Positions 35,470-47,050 of a stretch of 64,000 bases of DNA are shown here, piece after piece. The stretch lies in NCBI GenBank assembly GCA_030167865.1, contig JALAGF010004359.1:1-64000 (forward strand), read 5' to 3'. The notes beneath the pieces were generated by a model that saw nothing but the letters and a program-made list of their open reading frames with translations, searched no databases and had not been told where the DNA came from. Origin of the DNA: Craspedostauros australis (lineage: Eukaryota). Within the stretch, counting starts at the first letter, position 1, and each line of letters opens with the position of its first letter. Position numbers and translations under genes: made by a program.

Positions 35470-36401
35470 CGTGATCGCGCAGTTGTGTTATCTGGAGTAC
35501 TCGTCGTGTGATGCGTTCCTCTCTGTCGTGGAGGATTTCCTCTCGCAATGCAACAGCAGAGTATCGCTGAATACAGGAGGGGAGAGTGGAGGACGTACGG
35601 GCTACACAGCAAATGCCAACGATGCCAAACCAAGTAATCAACTGAAAAACAATCCGCCGACGATGGCGATGGCGAGGATGATGAGGATGAGGATGACGAT
35701 GACAATGGCGTTGTTGATGACGAAGAATGAGTTGAAGAACTGTTGTTGGTGATGTTTGTGCGTCACCGTGACGAGACAACAGTCCTTTTCATCTTACGGT
35801 CCAATTAGTCGTACATCTTAGTCAGACCTAGACCTCAATCGCACGCAATGCAGACACAGTCCAACACAGGAATGGTAGAACAATGACGATCACGACCCAA
35901 ACGACGAAGCTGAGACGAAAAGAAGAAAGGAAACGAGGGTCAACATGATGGATCATGAACACCGTCTTGATTCATTCGACATGCAGCCAAGGCTTGTTGA
36001 TGGCATGCACAGTCATCCACCTTACCTATGGACTGATAAAAGCAAATCAAAGAAAGGCAAAGTAGACAGAGGATCGCGTCAAGCATTTGGTTTTTGGGCT
36101 TTCAATCGGCACACGGCATCAGGATTCCTCATGAAGGGCATGGCACCGGATTGTCGTCCTGACCCGTCTTAGATCTTCCGCTGAGTCTGGACGTTGGGAA
36201 CTCCTTTGCATTTACATGCAGCACAGGTGCAGGCGCGATTTCCATTGCAGCCACAAGTACGGGCACGATTCCGGTCATCGACTCTGAACTAGTGCGAAGA
36301 CCTTTCGCCGTGTCTTTCAAACGACAGTTGAGGAGAGCACGTACAACTACTCTTCTACTCTGCTCTCATTCGTACTTGCGCAGGCATTCCAATACCATAG
36401 C

Positions 36402-39212
36402 ATGTCACCAGAAGTCGTGCGTCATGTGGTTCGAAGGACCCTGCGGAGCAATCGCACAACAGCAAAGGCATTCCTGGGATGTGGAGTTTTCATGCTGATC
36501 TACATCATCGTTCTTGCGATGCACTTGAATCAGCTGGAATTGGCGCCGTCCGCTGCTTCAATGGGTTCGGGGCTACCGCCTCCGTCTGTTTCGAAGCAAA
36601 GAAGAAACAGCAACGGCGGTGTTCATGATGGGGTTGGTGCTGGTGTCGGTACTGGTGTCAAAGCTCGGGTTGGAAATGCCAGAGGGATCGATCAGATCGG
36701 CGGGCTCATCAATGACTTGATGAGGTGGAATCATGCACAATTGGTCAAAGCCAAAAGCCATGGCGCTTCCACCACGAGGATGCCACCGCTCAAGGCTTAT
36801 CTCGAACCCCCAATGAAGGATACCGTGGAAGGTACAGGCAATCAGAAGGAAAATGTCCCTCCGCAGTACATTGGACCTCTGCCTCTCCGAGAGACGACGC
36901 CGAATGACCTACGTCCAGTGGTCTTTCCTCACATCAAGTCCTGCAAGGACATGCCGCACAACCTCCCCATCGATAGGGGTCTTGTCCTTGACCCAGCCAC
37001 GGGCGAACGGATCGAATGGAACATCTTCGCGCAAGATGAAGTCCTTCCGCTCGACCTGCCATCGGTCTGCCCTGTCGACACAGATCCGTTCCTGCCTTGG
37101 ATTCACGACGTCTTCCCTTCTTCGGATGGCGAACGCATACAGTTCATTGCGCAGAACAAACGGCGGTGCAATTCCCTCGATTACTCATTCGTTCAGAAGT
37201 TGGAACCTCAAGTCGCTCTCTTCCAACCCGTCAGTGTCCAACGCATCCCTGACTCAATGGCCAACAAATTGGCGCCGTCCTTGTGGCAGCCGTTTGCCAC
37301 CGATGCCGCAACTGATGAGACTGCAGAAAGCAATCAACACACTAGTACACAAGTACAGCAACAATACACGCAACGATACCGCCTGATCCCCTACGACGAA
37401 GCTGATTCCGATGCGCGGTACACGCGCTTCATATGCCGCTTCCACATGGCCAACTACACCTTCGACTCGCAGAGCCAAACGTTTGCGGCCGAACAATCGC
37501 ACGTCATCGCCGAAACGCTCAGCACGTACGATTTCAACTATGAATTCATCGTCTGGAGAAAGAATCACAAACGCATGTTCACTCAGCAAGGACGCGACAA
37601 CGGGCAGTATTATCTCAGCACGTTGCGATTTGCTTGCCCTGTTCCCGCGCAATTGCAACCCATCGCGTCGGGAGGATCCAATGTGCTTCCAGCTCACGAA
37701 TTGCCGATGCTATTCGTTGACGTGGTCCCCATACGAACGCCTCCGAGGCATGAAGGCGAGTTTTACTTCAACGAAGAACTGGTTGGACCGACCTACTTGC
37801 AACGGTACCGAGAGGATAATCATGGCGGATTTGATGCCGGCAAGCGGTGGGGAACCAACCAAGTTCTCCCACGCGTTGAAGCCAGCGGGAGGTGGGCCAA
37901 CATACCCATTTGCAGACCACCAAAGGTGGCTCCATCTCCACCGCCGCCACCACCGTCTTCAGCAGCACTGTCAGCAAACCTGCATGCCAATGGAATCCAA
38001 TCCAATCCAGATCGACCAGCCCTCCGTAATCTAAATGCCATCAACGACAGCCATCAAGGCAACGTCGTCAACCACAGCATCGGCAAAACTGCAAGGAATA
38101 AACAGAAGACGAAGCACATCCAGAAGCCGCACTTCCTCTCCGCCTGTCTTTGGGCTGCATCGTCCTTCCATGATCCTACCCGAGTCGACGGCGGTGCGCA
38201 AATCACGGATTCTGAACGCAGGCTGAGAGAATGGCTCGACTTTCACCTCATGGTGGGCGTGGATCATGTCTATCTTTACGACAACAGCATGTCCAACTCC
38301 GCGACGAACCAATCCTTCGCAAAGCTCATCGCGCAGCGGTATGCGCCACATCAGGTCACCAGGATCGAATGGTCGCCTTTGGAATGCAACAATAACCCAC
38401 CGACAGGAGAATTCTACTCTCACGAGGGTTCCAGCCAGTATGCTGCCGAGAACAGCTGCAGGACGCGGTACGCGCCCTTCACCGAATGGATGACCCATGT
38501 CGACATCGACGAATATCTCGTGCCCATGGGACAATATACCAACCTCAAAGACATGCTGCGCGACGTCGCGGAGGCTTCCGGCACCAAGATCTTGAACTTC
38601 CGCAACATCGGAGGCAAGCTGCGCGCCGACATGTCGAATCCAACGGGACTTGGTCGTCGGCAGAAGGCCAACACGACCTTCCTGCAGGCGTACAACTGCG
38701 ATACGTACAAACCTCCCAAACCGGAACGGCCTGGCGATCGGTCGAAGAAGCAGATCTTCCAGGCCGGCTACATGAGATCGCACTACGTCCATTACACTCT
38801 CGTGACAGAGTCGCTGATGCAAACCTACAAAGATCTTCGGCACAAGTTCCAAAGACGGTTCCCGAAGGACCCGTTCGAAGGGTACGTGGACGAGCTCACA
38901 CAGGCGACACTGGTCCACACGAAGACCTTGCCGGTGGAGCTATCGGTGGGGTACGAATCGGCCTGCCATTACAAATCCTTCGACCCATCCGAAATGTGCC
39001 GCATTGGATATCCATGGCCCGACACGACGGACGAAAGCGCGACAATTTCGCAAGACGCCGCGCCGCGTCAAGGCAGGCCGACGAGGCGGAAGCAGAAAGA
39101 CCACAACGCGGATGGGAAGCGATACAATTGCTATGTCAACTCGCACATTGAGAAACACTGGGTTCCAAAGTTGGAGCAAGCATTGAGACGGAACCTTCGA
39201 CGTGGAGACTAG
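36402..39212 (+). CDS. Type II membrane glycosyltransferase, GT92/DUF23-like
   Basis: N-terminal anchor FLGCGVFMLIYIIVLAM; LREWLDFHLMVGVDHVYLYDN; QYAAENSCRTRY; WMTHVDIDEYL (DxD). Confidence 0.85.
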   Translation: MSPEVVRHVVRRTLRSNRTTAKAFLGCGVFMLIYIIVLAMHLNQLELAPSAASMGSGLPPPSVSKQRRNSNGGVHDGVGAGVGTGVKARVGNARGIDQIGGLINDLMRWNHAQLVKAKSHGASTTRMPPLKAYLEPPMKDTVEGTGNQKENVPPQYIGPLPLRETTPNDLRPVVFPHIKSCKDMPHNLPIDRGLVLDPATGERIEWNIFAQDEVLPLDLPSVCPVDTDPFLPWIHDVFPSSDGERIQFIAQNKRRCNSLDYSFVQKLEPQVALFQPVSVQRIPDSMANKLAPSLWQPFATDAATDETAESNQHTSTQVQQQYTQRYRLIPYDEADSDARYTRFICRFHMANYTFDSQSQTFAAEQSHVIAETLSTYDFNYEFIVWRKNHKRMFTQQGRDNGQYYLSTLRFACPVPAQLQPIASGGSNVLPAHELPMLFVDVVPIRTPPRHEGEFYFNEELVGPTYLQRYREDNHGGFDAGKRWGTNQVLPRVEASGRWANIPICRPPKVAPSPPPPPPSSAALSANLHANGIQSNPDRPALRNLNAINDSHQGNVVNHSIGKTARNKQKTKHIQKPHFLSACLWAASSFHDPTRVDGGAQITDSERRLREWLDFHLMVGVDHVYLYDNSMSNSATNQSFAKLIAQRYAPHQVTRIEWSPLECNNNPPTGEFYSHEGSSQYAAENSCRTRYAPFTEWMTHVDIDEYLVPMGQYTNLKDMLRDVAEASGTKILNFRNIGGKLRADMSNPTGLGRRQKANTTFLQAYNCDTYKPPKPERPGDRSKKQIFQAGYMRSHYVHYTLVTESLMQTYKDLRHKFQRRFPKDPFEGYVDELTQATLVHTKTLPVELSVGYESACHYKSFDPSEMCRIGYPWPDTTDESATISQDAAPRQGRPTRRKQKDHNADGKRYNCYVNSHIEKHWVPKLEQALRRNLRRGD

Positions 39213-39531
39213 CATTGCAACGGCAGGCTTGGATCTGACATTGTGCAGCATGCTGATGGGACCTGTAAAACTAGAGAAGTAGAATGCTAGAGCGTAAAGT
39301 AGTGTTTGTACGCTCAGCCGACGACCTTCTCCAACAGAAATCATTGCTCGTCCGAGCACAGTACATGCAGGGACTGCACACTTCGAATAGGGGTGTCAGA
39401 CGAACTCTGTGTGCTTGCGATGCTATTACGACTTGTAGCAAAGCGGGGTGGGAATCTTCAAGTTCTTCGTTCTCTTTTTCCCATTCTCTCTCCCTCCCAA
39501 GCCGTACTCGTTCTAATACTCGTAGCTTGAC

Positions 39532-40509
39532 TCATGGCTGCACAGTCTGCAGGATGGACCGAATGGTTGCGTAGAACTTGTCACGATCGGAACCGTGGAT
39601 GGAGTGGTCAGCATCCGGGTATCTGTGAATCGTGAGCTGGTCGCCCAGGATCGTCTTCATTTCCTGAACGCTGTCTTCGATGCAGACGGTTCCCTCCGTG
39701 CCGGCCACCAGCACATGGCAAGGAAAGGAGTGCGGCACGAGCGCCTTGCAATCCGCCTTGCCCTGCTCGGTGCTGAGCACGTGAGGATAGCAGAATTTGC
39801 GAAAGTCCGGGTTGATCTGCGACCACCAGGCACCGCCGTCGCTGTTTGGGTCCGGCCCCATCCTGCCGCTCGCGATGTAGCGATCGATGGAAGATGCAGG
39901 ATAGCCGACCTCCACGAACGCCCGGGTCAGGCTCTCCTTGCTGTCGCTGCGCCGATCGAAGGGGCTTTCGTACGGCTTGAGCTGAACGTAGCCATTTTTG
40001 GTTGGCTGGCGCGGTTCGATGTCCATGTCTTCGATGATGCAGGCTGCCACGTTCGACGGGTACTTGGCCGCGTACCCCATCACGATGCGCCCGCCCAGCG
40101 AATGGCCCAGCAGCATGACCTTGCGCGATGTGCCGCCATGCCTCCGGACGGCCTCGTGCAGATCCTCGACGAGAGCATCCTGCGAGAAGTCGTCGATCTG
40201 CCCCAGCTCCGAAAACCCGCAGCCCCGTTGATCCACCGCAAGGCACGGCACATCCTGCTTGAATGCGTCGATGGTGGCCGTCCACGTGTGGCTCGACGAG
40301 TCCAGTCCGTGGACCATCACCAGCAGCGGCGACTCGGATGTCTCCGCACCAGGGGGAGCCGTGCGAACGCAGTGCAAAGGAACGATTGTCATGGCGCTGA
40401 CTGTGCGGAGCGTACAAGTGGTTGCGAGGAGAAGCGCGGCGAGGATCAGGGGAAGGCGGTAAGGATACGATGTGGCGGAAACGAATTGTGTTGATTGCTT
40501 TCGCGGCAT
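39532..40509 (-). CDS. Alpha/beta hydrolase with N-terminal signal/anchor
   Basis: VHGLDSSSHTW, AVDQRGCGFS, nucleophile elbow GHSLGG, catalytic His in ADHSIH; ATG 40509 followed by LPLILAALLLATT. Confidence 0.9.
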   Translation of the reverse strand: MPRKQSTQFVSATSYPYRLPLILAALLLATTCTLRTVSAMTIVPLHCVRTAPPGAETSESPLLVMVHGLDSSSHTWTATIDAFKQDVPCLAVDQRGCGFSELGQIDDFSQDALVEDLHEAVRRHGGTSRKVMLLGHSLGGRIVMGYAAKYPSNVAACIIEDMDIEPRQPTKNGYVQLKPYESPFDRRSDSKESLTRAFVEVGYPASSIDRYIASGRMGPDPNSDGGAWWSQINPDFRKFCYPHVLSTEQGKADCKALVPHSFPCHVLVAGTEGTVCIEDSVQEMKTILGDQLTIHRYPDADHSIHGSDRDKFYATIRSILQTVQP

Positions 40510-40917
40510 GCTGTTCGATGGGTGGATCGTGCTCGTGGACAAGTGGGAGGTTCTCGTTTTGGAGTCTGCACAGCCGCAACTGTTTTGGGCAGAGAGAGCA
40601 GAGGATGGACACAACCGTGTGTTGTCATCGTGGATTCTCACTCCCCAAGGAGGCTTTGTCGGGGCATCACAAGCAATGGCGCTAACGCATCCAGCGAACT
40701 TCACTCCGACAAGTGCAATACATTCGAGTAGTCGTAAACACGTGGGTGCAGCCACTTGCTCTTACATTGGCTTCCGTAGTCCAAGCAGCCACATTCAACA
40801 ATTATGATGCTAATGGCAACCGAGTATTGGGGCAGAGTAGAGTCTTGTTGCATTACATTACATGCGCGCCAGGCTTATCCTCGTTGATCTCTTGCTCAGT
40901 CCCTACTCAACCGTTGC

Positions 40918-43900
40918 TCAGCCCTCCTTAGTGAAGCTCTCGCTGTCCATCTTCTCGTGCTTCTTCTTGGACGTGCGTCGCGACAGGCCTGGCAAACGAA
41001 GCTTGCTGAGCCGCTTGTTTGACTTTCCGGACTTCGTCGATTTCGCTTTGGATACTTCGTCGCTGTCGGAATCGTCTTCATCGCTGTGCACGTCCTCCAC
41101 AACAACCGGCTTGGGCGACTTCCACCCCAAGAAAGATCGGCGAGGTGTCTTCGGCGTCTTTGGCGAATCCTCACCGCCGGAATCGGAATCTAATCGCGAC
41201 GTGCTATCGTAAGCTGGCGCTGCTTCGTCCGTTTGCTTGCGTCCCGTGAACAGCCCCGAGATGCGGCGCGAAGATTTGGAACCCTTCTTCTTTTTCTTAT
41301 CACCTCCATGCTCGCTGCGGCTGAATGGCGATTTCGGGACGGGGAAGAGGCTGCTGCGGCGCGATCGCTGCGTCTTGTTGTCGTCGTCCTCCTCCTCCTC
41401 GGGCAGATCATCCAGCTCACGTTCGATGGCAGATTTGCGCGTCGTGTCGTACTTCGCCCTCCAGTCGGATGCGCTCATGCGGCGACTCAGACGGTCGTTG
41501 ACCTTCAGGTACTGCGGGAACTGGACTTCCAGCAAGCTCAGCTTGGCGTGGCAGCCCCACCGCTGGTACGCTCGGTACGCGCGCGTGAGGTAGGTCGAGG
41601 CCCACCCGGGAACCTCCGTTTCCACAAAGTACAGACCAGCTCGTTCGTTGGCCCACGCCTCCAGATGCAGCATGCCCTCCGACTTGGCATCCTCGATGGC
41701 TTCGTCCCAAAACTTCCTCATCTTCAGAGCGGATCTCTCCTTCGCCGTCAGAATCTCCAGCTCGGCCTCGAGGAAGTTCACCAGGACGCTGCAGTTGACG
41801 GCACCGTCGTTGTGCCACCCGGTCATCTTGTACAGGATCTTGTCCGCCCTGTCCTGCAGCCTGGCCTTCTTCTTCTTGTCCTTCGAGCTCTTCACTCTGG
41901 ACAGCAGCATCAGGCACTCCAGGAAGGAGCGGTATGGAATCCACACCCCATCCGGCTTGTCGGTCAGCTTCTTCTGCATCTTGTGGGCTGTCACCATGTC
42001 GTTGAAGATGCACGCGATGAACATGCGAGCGAAGTAGAACAGCTGGCAGCGTCTCGATACCGGACCGCCGCCGCCTTCCTCTGCCTCCTTCTCCCATTCG
42101 CCGACGATGGCGTCCTGTTCTTCCATGGATTGCCCGAACAGCAGGTCGGGATCGCCTCGCCTGCCCATGAGGTTCAGGGTCATGCGCTGCGGGATGGCGA
42201 CCTGCCACTGCTCGTCCAGCTGGTAGTCCTGGAACACGCCTTGGAACAGGTTGAGGTTGTGCTCCAGCTGCTCCAGGTCGCAACCGCTGGCCAGATGGGT
42301 GTGCACGTAGGCCATGATGCTGAATGGCGCGTGCTGGAAGTCTCCGACGTCGATTTGGTCGTTGTACAGCTTCAGGAGCGGCGCCAGATTCCGAATGTAG
42401 GAACGACCCCAGTGGCTCACGTTCCAATGGTAGTGGGCGAGCGCCTGACTCGCGTAGATGCAGCCAGGTCGTGCCGTGGCCAACCGCTCTGCTATGCGCC
42501 CCAGGCGGTATGCCTCCTTGTAAATCCCAAACCGGGCCAGCGTGGAAGCAAACAGGGAGTAGGCAAAGGACGTCTGACGGCAGTAACCGTTTCGCAGGGT
42601 CAATTTCATCATCTTCAGCGTTGCCAGGGTTCGGTATTGGCGCTGGGCCTTCGGATAGTACTTCGCGCACTCAGCGAGTTGCGCAAGCACCGCCATGGAA
42701 TCAATGCCCTTTCGGTCCGTCATGTTCGGCGGCTGCAGCAGCTCTCTATTTTTCTTGCCGCGCACGTACTCACGGATTTGATCGATTTCCTTTGATATAT
42801 GCTTCTTAACGTTTTCCGTCGGAACGTCCTCTCCCAACTGGAAGAGGATGAAGAGAATCAGATCCAACGCCTCGCGGAACTTCTGCTGCTCGATCTTGAG
42901 GAGGATCATGCACTGGTAGGCTCCCACCTTGTCCTTGAAGCACATGGCATTCTTCAGCACGATGTGAATGGTCGCCTCCGCGATCGGGAGCTGCCCGCAG
43001 CAGTACTGCGTTCTTGCCAGCAAGAGATGCATCCGCAGCGTCAGCTCGTACAACGGTCTGCGCCAGCGGATCCTGGGGTCCACGATGGAGATGCCCGTTT
43101 TGAGGTACTGGATGGCGGTGTAGAATGCGGATTTCATTATGGCGGCCTCGGCGGCCTCCATGTTCAACTTCGACAACCGCATTCGCTGTTTTTCGTCCAC
43201 AACGCCGCTGGAGCAGCGGTTGAGGTTGTCCACGGCCAAGAACTTCAGCCTGCCCTTCTCTTCGGCATCCTTGATCTGTACGCTGAGACTCGACACCGCG
43301 CTGCCGATGCGGAAGTGGATGATCTTGCCTTTCTGCCCCTTCGGCAGCAGACTGAAGGCGGCGTGGCGCACGGAATCATGAGAGAACTTGAAGTGCCCGT
43401 TCGACAGATACTCCAGCAAACCGCGGCTCGTGATGATGTTGAGGAGGTTCGACAGCTCACGCTCGTTCGCGATGGGGCATCGCACGTCTCGGTTGGCATT
43501 GTTGGCGCCGCTGAAGGCAGCCGCCACTTCGCGGTACAGCGTGCTGACTTGAAAATGCGTCATACCTGCGCACGCGGCCGTCGTCAATGCCAGCCTCATC
43601 TTCTTGGGCATGTCCTGCACCTTGTTCTTGAGGAGGAGGACCGCTGTGTCTGCGGCAGTGTCCATGAAGTCCTCCAGCTTGTCGCAGTTCCAGAGCCAGA
43701 GCTTCTTCTGCGACGAATGCACCAGCAGCTCCTTGTCGTGCAGAACGCGGAGCAGATGCAAGACAAACAATGGATTCCCTTCGCATTTGGCGAACAGAAT
43801 CTCTGCCAGCTCCTCGATCTTTTCGTCGTAATTGTCGTCCTCGCCTTCCTCGATGAGCGCGATGGAGAGCAGCTGCTCGGTCTCGTCGTGCGACAGCGGC

Positions 43901-45828
43901 TCCAAGGTGATGTGGGTTGTGCGGACGCCCGTGTTCTCGATGGTCTCCTGCATCTTTCGCAGCGCTGGTGGGACGAAGGCTGACGAATTTGCGTTGTTGA
44001 TGTTGGAGTGGACGCTGCTGTTACCAATCGTCTGAAGACCATGGACACCGCCGAAACAGCCAATGATGAGCAGATTTTGGACCGACTTTTCGGTCGCCAA
44101 GGACTGGAGCATGTAGAGGGAGTCGAGATCGGCGTGCTGCAAGTTGTCGATGACCATGACGATGGGGTAGTGTTCCGCGATGGCCGACAAGAAGTCCCTG
44201 ACGGCAAAGCCCAGACGCTCCGTGCGCTTTGGCATGTTTGAATCGAAGAGAAGCAACTGCCGTCTGGCCTCGTTGCTGTTGGGGTTGCCAACGTTGATAC
44301 TGCCTGGGGCATTGCTGTTCCCGTTGGGATGTCCATGTCCATGTCCATTGGCATTGCCGTTGACATGGGGTTGGAAATCGCCCAGGTCCATGATGTGCTG
44401 GAGATTGGGGATGACGGTGGACAGGAATGGTCCTTCACCTCCCAACGCCTCCTCCAGCCTGGTCTTCCAGATGGGCATCCCGCCATCCTCATGCATGCGC
44501 TCGACGAGGTCATTGAGGCATTCCGTGAGACCTGAGAAGGGCTTGGCGCCTGTCGTGTTTTCCTCGAAGGCACCGTAGGCGCAGTAGACCGTGTCGAAGA
44601 CCCTGTCGGAGGTTTCTAGCGCCAACGCGGTCTTGCCCACTCCCTCCGGGCCCGTGATCCATGCAATTTCATGAGCATTCTCCATCCATTCCAAGGATAC
44701 GCGCTCCACGGCCTTCGTGAGAGATTGCAATTCGCGGTTGCGGCCGCAGAAGGGGACGTCCTGGAAGAAGTCCACACCTGGCTGCCATGGCTTCTTCTGC
44801 TTTTGCGGTGGCACAGAGTCAATTTCGACGGAACCATCCACAGAGAGAGGGAGCTGGGTTGGACCGTGCTCCGAGTCCAGCATCGATCCCACGGCTGCTG
44901 CCGTCTTGGGAAGACGTCGACGCGGCGTTTTGACCTTCGGAGTTCGGAAGGCCTCGAGGGGGATTTGGCGGAATGCGGCGTCCTCTTCATCGTTGAGACC
45001 TCGTTCGAAGACGGATTCTCGATCGTCTCCGTCATCTCCATCGCTGTCATCGGCATCATCGTCGTCACCGCTCTCGTTGTCGCTGGCATCGAAGCTCTCC
45101 TCGTCGCTGGCCAAATCCATGAAGGCCTCCTGATCATCGTCATCCAAGCGGTCCCCGTCGAGACCTTCATCATCATCTTCATCGGTCGTGTACTCCTCCT
45201 TCGGTGGCTGCATCCTCTGCTTCTTGGGCTTGAACCGCTTCTTCTTGGGTTTCTTTTTGCCATTCTGCTGTGCGCCATTCGGCTGCGCCGATGAAGGTGA
45301 CGATGCGGCCCTGTCCGCGTGTTGGTCGGGAGCTGCTGCTGCCTTCTTGCGAGTCTTGGCCCGCATGCTGCGGCCCTTTTGCGGTTGCGCCTTGGCTGGT
45401 TGCGATTCATCGTCGGCTTCATCCGACAGATCCTCTTCTTCTTCGCTGCTACTGCTGCGACTGCTGCCATCATCACTTTCATCGTCGCTTTCATCATCTA
45501 TGTCATCATCCATTTCATCATCCATTTCATCATCGCTGCTGATCTCCTCTTCGGAGCTGCTGATCTCGCTGGATTCGTCTTCGTAAGCGTCGCTGCTGTC
45601 GTCAGACTCGGAAGCCGATTCCACCGAGGACTCCAAAGATGTGGCGTCTTTGCGGTTGCCATTGTGCGTTGCGTCCTTGTTCCCAGGCATCGTTTGCGGA
45701 GGAGGCACGTTGATGGCAACGCCTCGCTTCTGCACATGCATCATCCCGACTTGCGATGCGCCATCGTCGTCATCGTCGCTGCTGAAGCCGAAGCCGCTGC
45801 TGTCGCTGGAACTGTCGTAGCGCATCAT
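40918..45828 (-). CDS. STAND-class AAA ATPase + TPR-like superhelix (COG3899-like), paralog 1
   Basis: FCGRNRELQSL, Walker A GPEGVGKT, Walker B region MVIDNLQHAD, GNPLFV, FKFSHDSVRHAAF, ANERAG, AYQRWGCHAKL; acidic N-term and Ser/Lys-rich C-term IDRs. Confidence 0.9.
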   Translation of the reverse strand: MMRYDSSSDSSGFGFSSDDDDDGASQVGMMHVQKRGVAINVPPPQTMPGNKDATHNGNRKDATSLESSVESASESDDSSDAYEDESSEISSSEEEISSDDEMDDEMDDDIDDESDDESDDGSSRSSSSEEEEDLSDEADDESQPAKAQPQKGRSMRAKTRKKAAAAPDQHADRAASSPSSAQPNGAQQNGKKKPKKKRFKPKKQRMQPPKEEYTTDEDDDEGLDGDRLDDDDQEAFMDLASDEESFDASDNESGDDDDADDSDGDDGDDRESVFERGLNDEEDAAFRQIPLEAFRTPKVKTPRRRLPKTAAAVGSMLDSEHGPTQLPLSVDGSVEIDSVPPQKQKKPWQPGVDFFQDVPFCGRNRELQSLTKAVERVSLEWMENAHEIAWITGPEGVGKTALALETSDRVFDTVYCAYGAFEENTTGAKPFSGLTECLNDLVERMHEDGGMPIWKTRLEEALGGEGPFLSTVIPNLQHIMDLGDFQPHVNGNANGHGHGHPNGNSNAPGSINVGNPNSNEARRQLLLFDSNMPKRTERLGFAVRDFLSAIAEHYPIVMVIDNLQHADLDSLYMLQSLATEKSVQNLLIIGCFGGVHGLQTIGNSSVHSNINNANSSAFVPPALRKMQETIENTGVRTTHITLEPLSHDETEQLLSIALIEEGEDDNYDEKIEELAEILFAKCEGNPLFVLHLLRVLHDKELLVHSSQKKLWLWNCDKLEDFMDTAADTAVLLLKNKVQDMPKKMRLALTTAACAGMTHFQVSTLYREVAAAFSGANNANRDVRCPIANERELSNLLNIITSRGLLEYLSNGHFKFSHDSVRHAAFSLLPKGQKGKIIHFRIGSAVSSLSVQIKDAEEKGRLKFLAVDNLNRCSSGVVDEKQRMRLSKLNMEAAEAAIMKSAFYTAIQYLKTGISIVDPRIRWRRPLYELTLRMHLLLARTQYCCGQLPIAEATIHIVLKNAMCFKDKVGAYQCMILLKIEQQKFREALDLILFILFQLGEDVPTENVKKHISKEIDQIREYVRGKKNRELLQPPNMTDRKGIDSMAVLAQLAECAKYYPKAQRQYRTLATLKMMKLTLRNGYCRQTSFAYSLFASTLARFGIYKEAYRLGRIAERLATARPGCIYASQALAHYHWNVSHWGRSYIRNLAPLLKLYNDQIDVGDFQHAPFSIMAYVHTHLASGCDLEQLEHNLNLFQGVFQDYQLDEQWQVAIPQRMTLNLMGRRGDPDLLFGQSMEEQDAIVGEWEKEAEEGGGGPVSRRCQLFYFARMFIACIFNDMVTAHKMQKKLTDKPDGVWIPYRSFLECLMLLSRVKSSKDKKKKARLQDRADKILYKMTGWHNDGAVNCSVLVNFLEAELEILTAKERSALKMRKFWDEAIEDAKSEGMLHLEAWANERAGLYFVETEVPGWASTYLTRAYRAYQRWGCHAKLSLLEVQFPQYLKVNDRLSRRMSASDWRAKYDTTRKSAIERELDDLPEEEEDDDNKTQRSRRSSLFPVPKSPFSRSEHGGDKKKKKGSKSSRRISGLFTGRKQTDEAAPAYDSTSRLDSDSGGEDSPKTPKTPRRSFLGWKSPKPVVVEDVHSDEDDSDSDEVSKAKSTKSGKSNKRLSKLRLPGLSRRTSKKKHEKMDSESFTKEG

Positions 45829-47050
45829 CTTGGAAACTTCGTGTTGATTGCTATTGGTTACTGTCGAGTGCTGTTGGTTGCTGTCGAGTGGTCAAGGAAG
45901 GAATCGAGGATGTTGATGATAGTGCAGTCGTACGACTAGCAATGCAGGATGACAGGATGACAGGATTATAGAATTCTATTGAGTGTGCAGACGAGACTGA
46001 TGGTCTGTGCAACTCTACGACTATGATTGCAACTGTGCGAAGGTTCCTGTCCTCCCAGTATCGTATAATACGAGCAGGTCGCAGGTATGCTGTGGTCTGT
46101 GTTGTGTTGATCGGAATGGTGATGTCTTGTCTCTCTCTTTTGTGTCTGCAACGGTTGCTGATGCTCTGCTGTTGCCCTTTTCGGCTGCGAGCGTTTCGGT
46201 GTTGTTGTGGCTCTTGTGCGAAAGATACAATAGTCGACTGGAACTTGTGCGAATGACCTCTGCACGCCAGCAACTCTCATTCATTCGTGTCTGAACGGAC
46301 ACAGTCCATGTCGATGTGACAGAAAGCGAATGTCCACCTGACAGAATCCGTGATTGCGATTTCGGCGAACGACATGTCAGATGGTCGGCTTGATCGATCC
46401 AACGTCTAGACAAATACTGTTGCCTAAATACAGGACTTGGTGTAAAACGAATGACCCAATCGACTAAGCCTCGGCTTTGAATCGTGTCTGATTCAACTGA
46501 TTGCATGCTGGATGGCGAGCAACTGTGACTGCTTGTCCTTCTCCTGCGCCAGAACGTGCCTGTCGCACTGGTGGCGGCCAAACACTTCGACCTTCTCGTA
46601 TTCGCCCCGCACGGACATGATTGAGACATCTGACCCCCAAGACATGCGCCCAAGACGCTACATGCGACGCGTCTCATGATGCCAACGCTCCAGGGCCTTT
46701 GCTTCAAGAATCTCCATCGATCGCGGATAGATCCCACGGAGGATCGATCGACACATCGTCGAATCCGACCTGTGTCGTGGTGGTCTCTGTTTTGCTGTCT
46801 CTCTGTTGTGTGTGGTCAGGAGCCATGCGCCTCATTCCTGCATGGCACACACTTCGCCATTTCTCTTGAGTAGGTTGTACTCCGCACTGTCGAATCTCGC
46901 AGCAAGAGCTTCTCTGCACTCAGTTGGCACAGGCTGGTGGAGCGCTGTCCCTCGCAAAGCAACGATGTGGACAGGGCATCTCCTCTTGCAAAAGTGTGCG
47001 ACCGTGGCTCCCAGAACAATTGACGAAGCATCAACATGAGTGAAAAGTGT

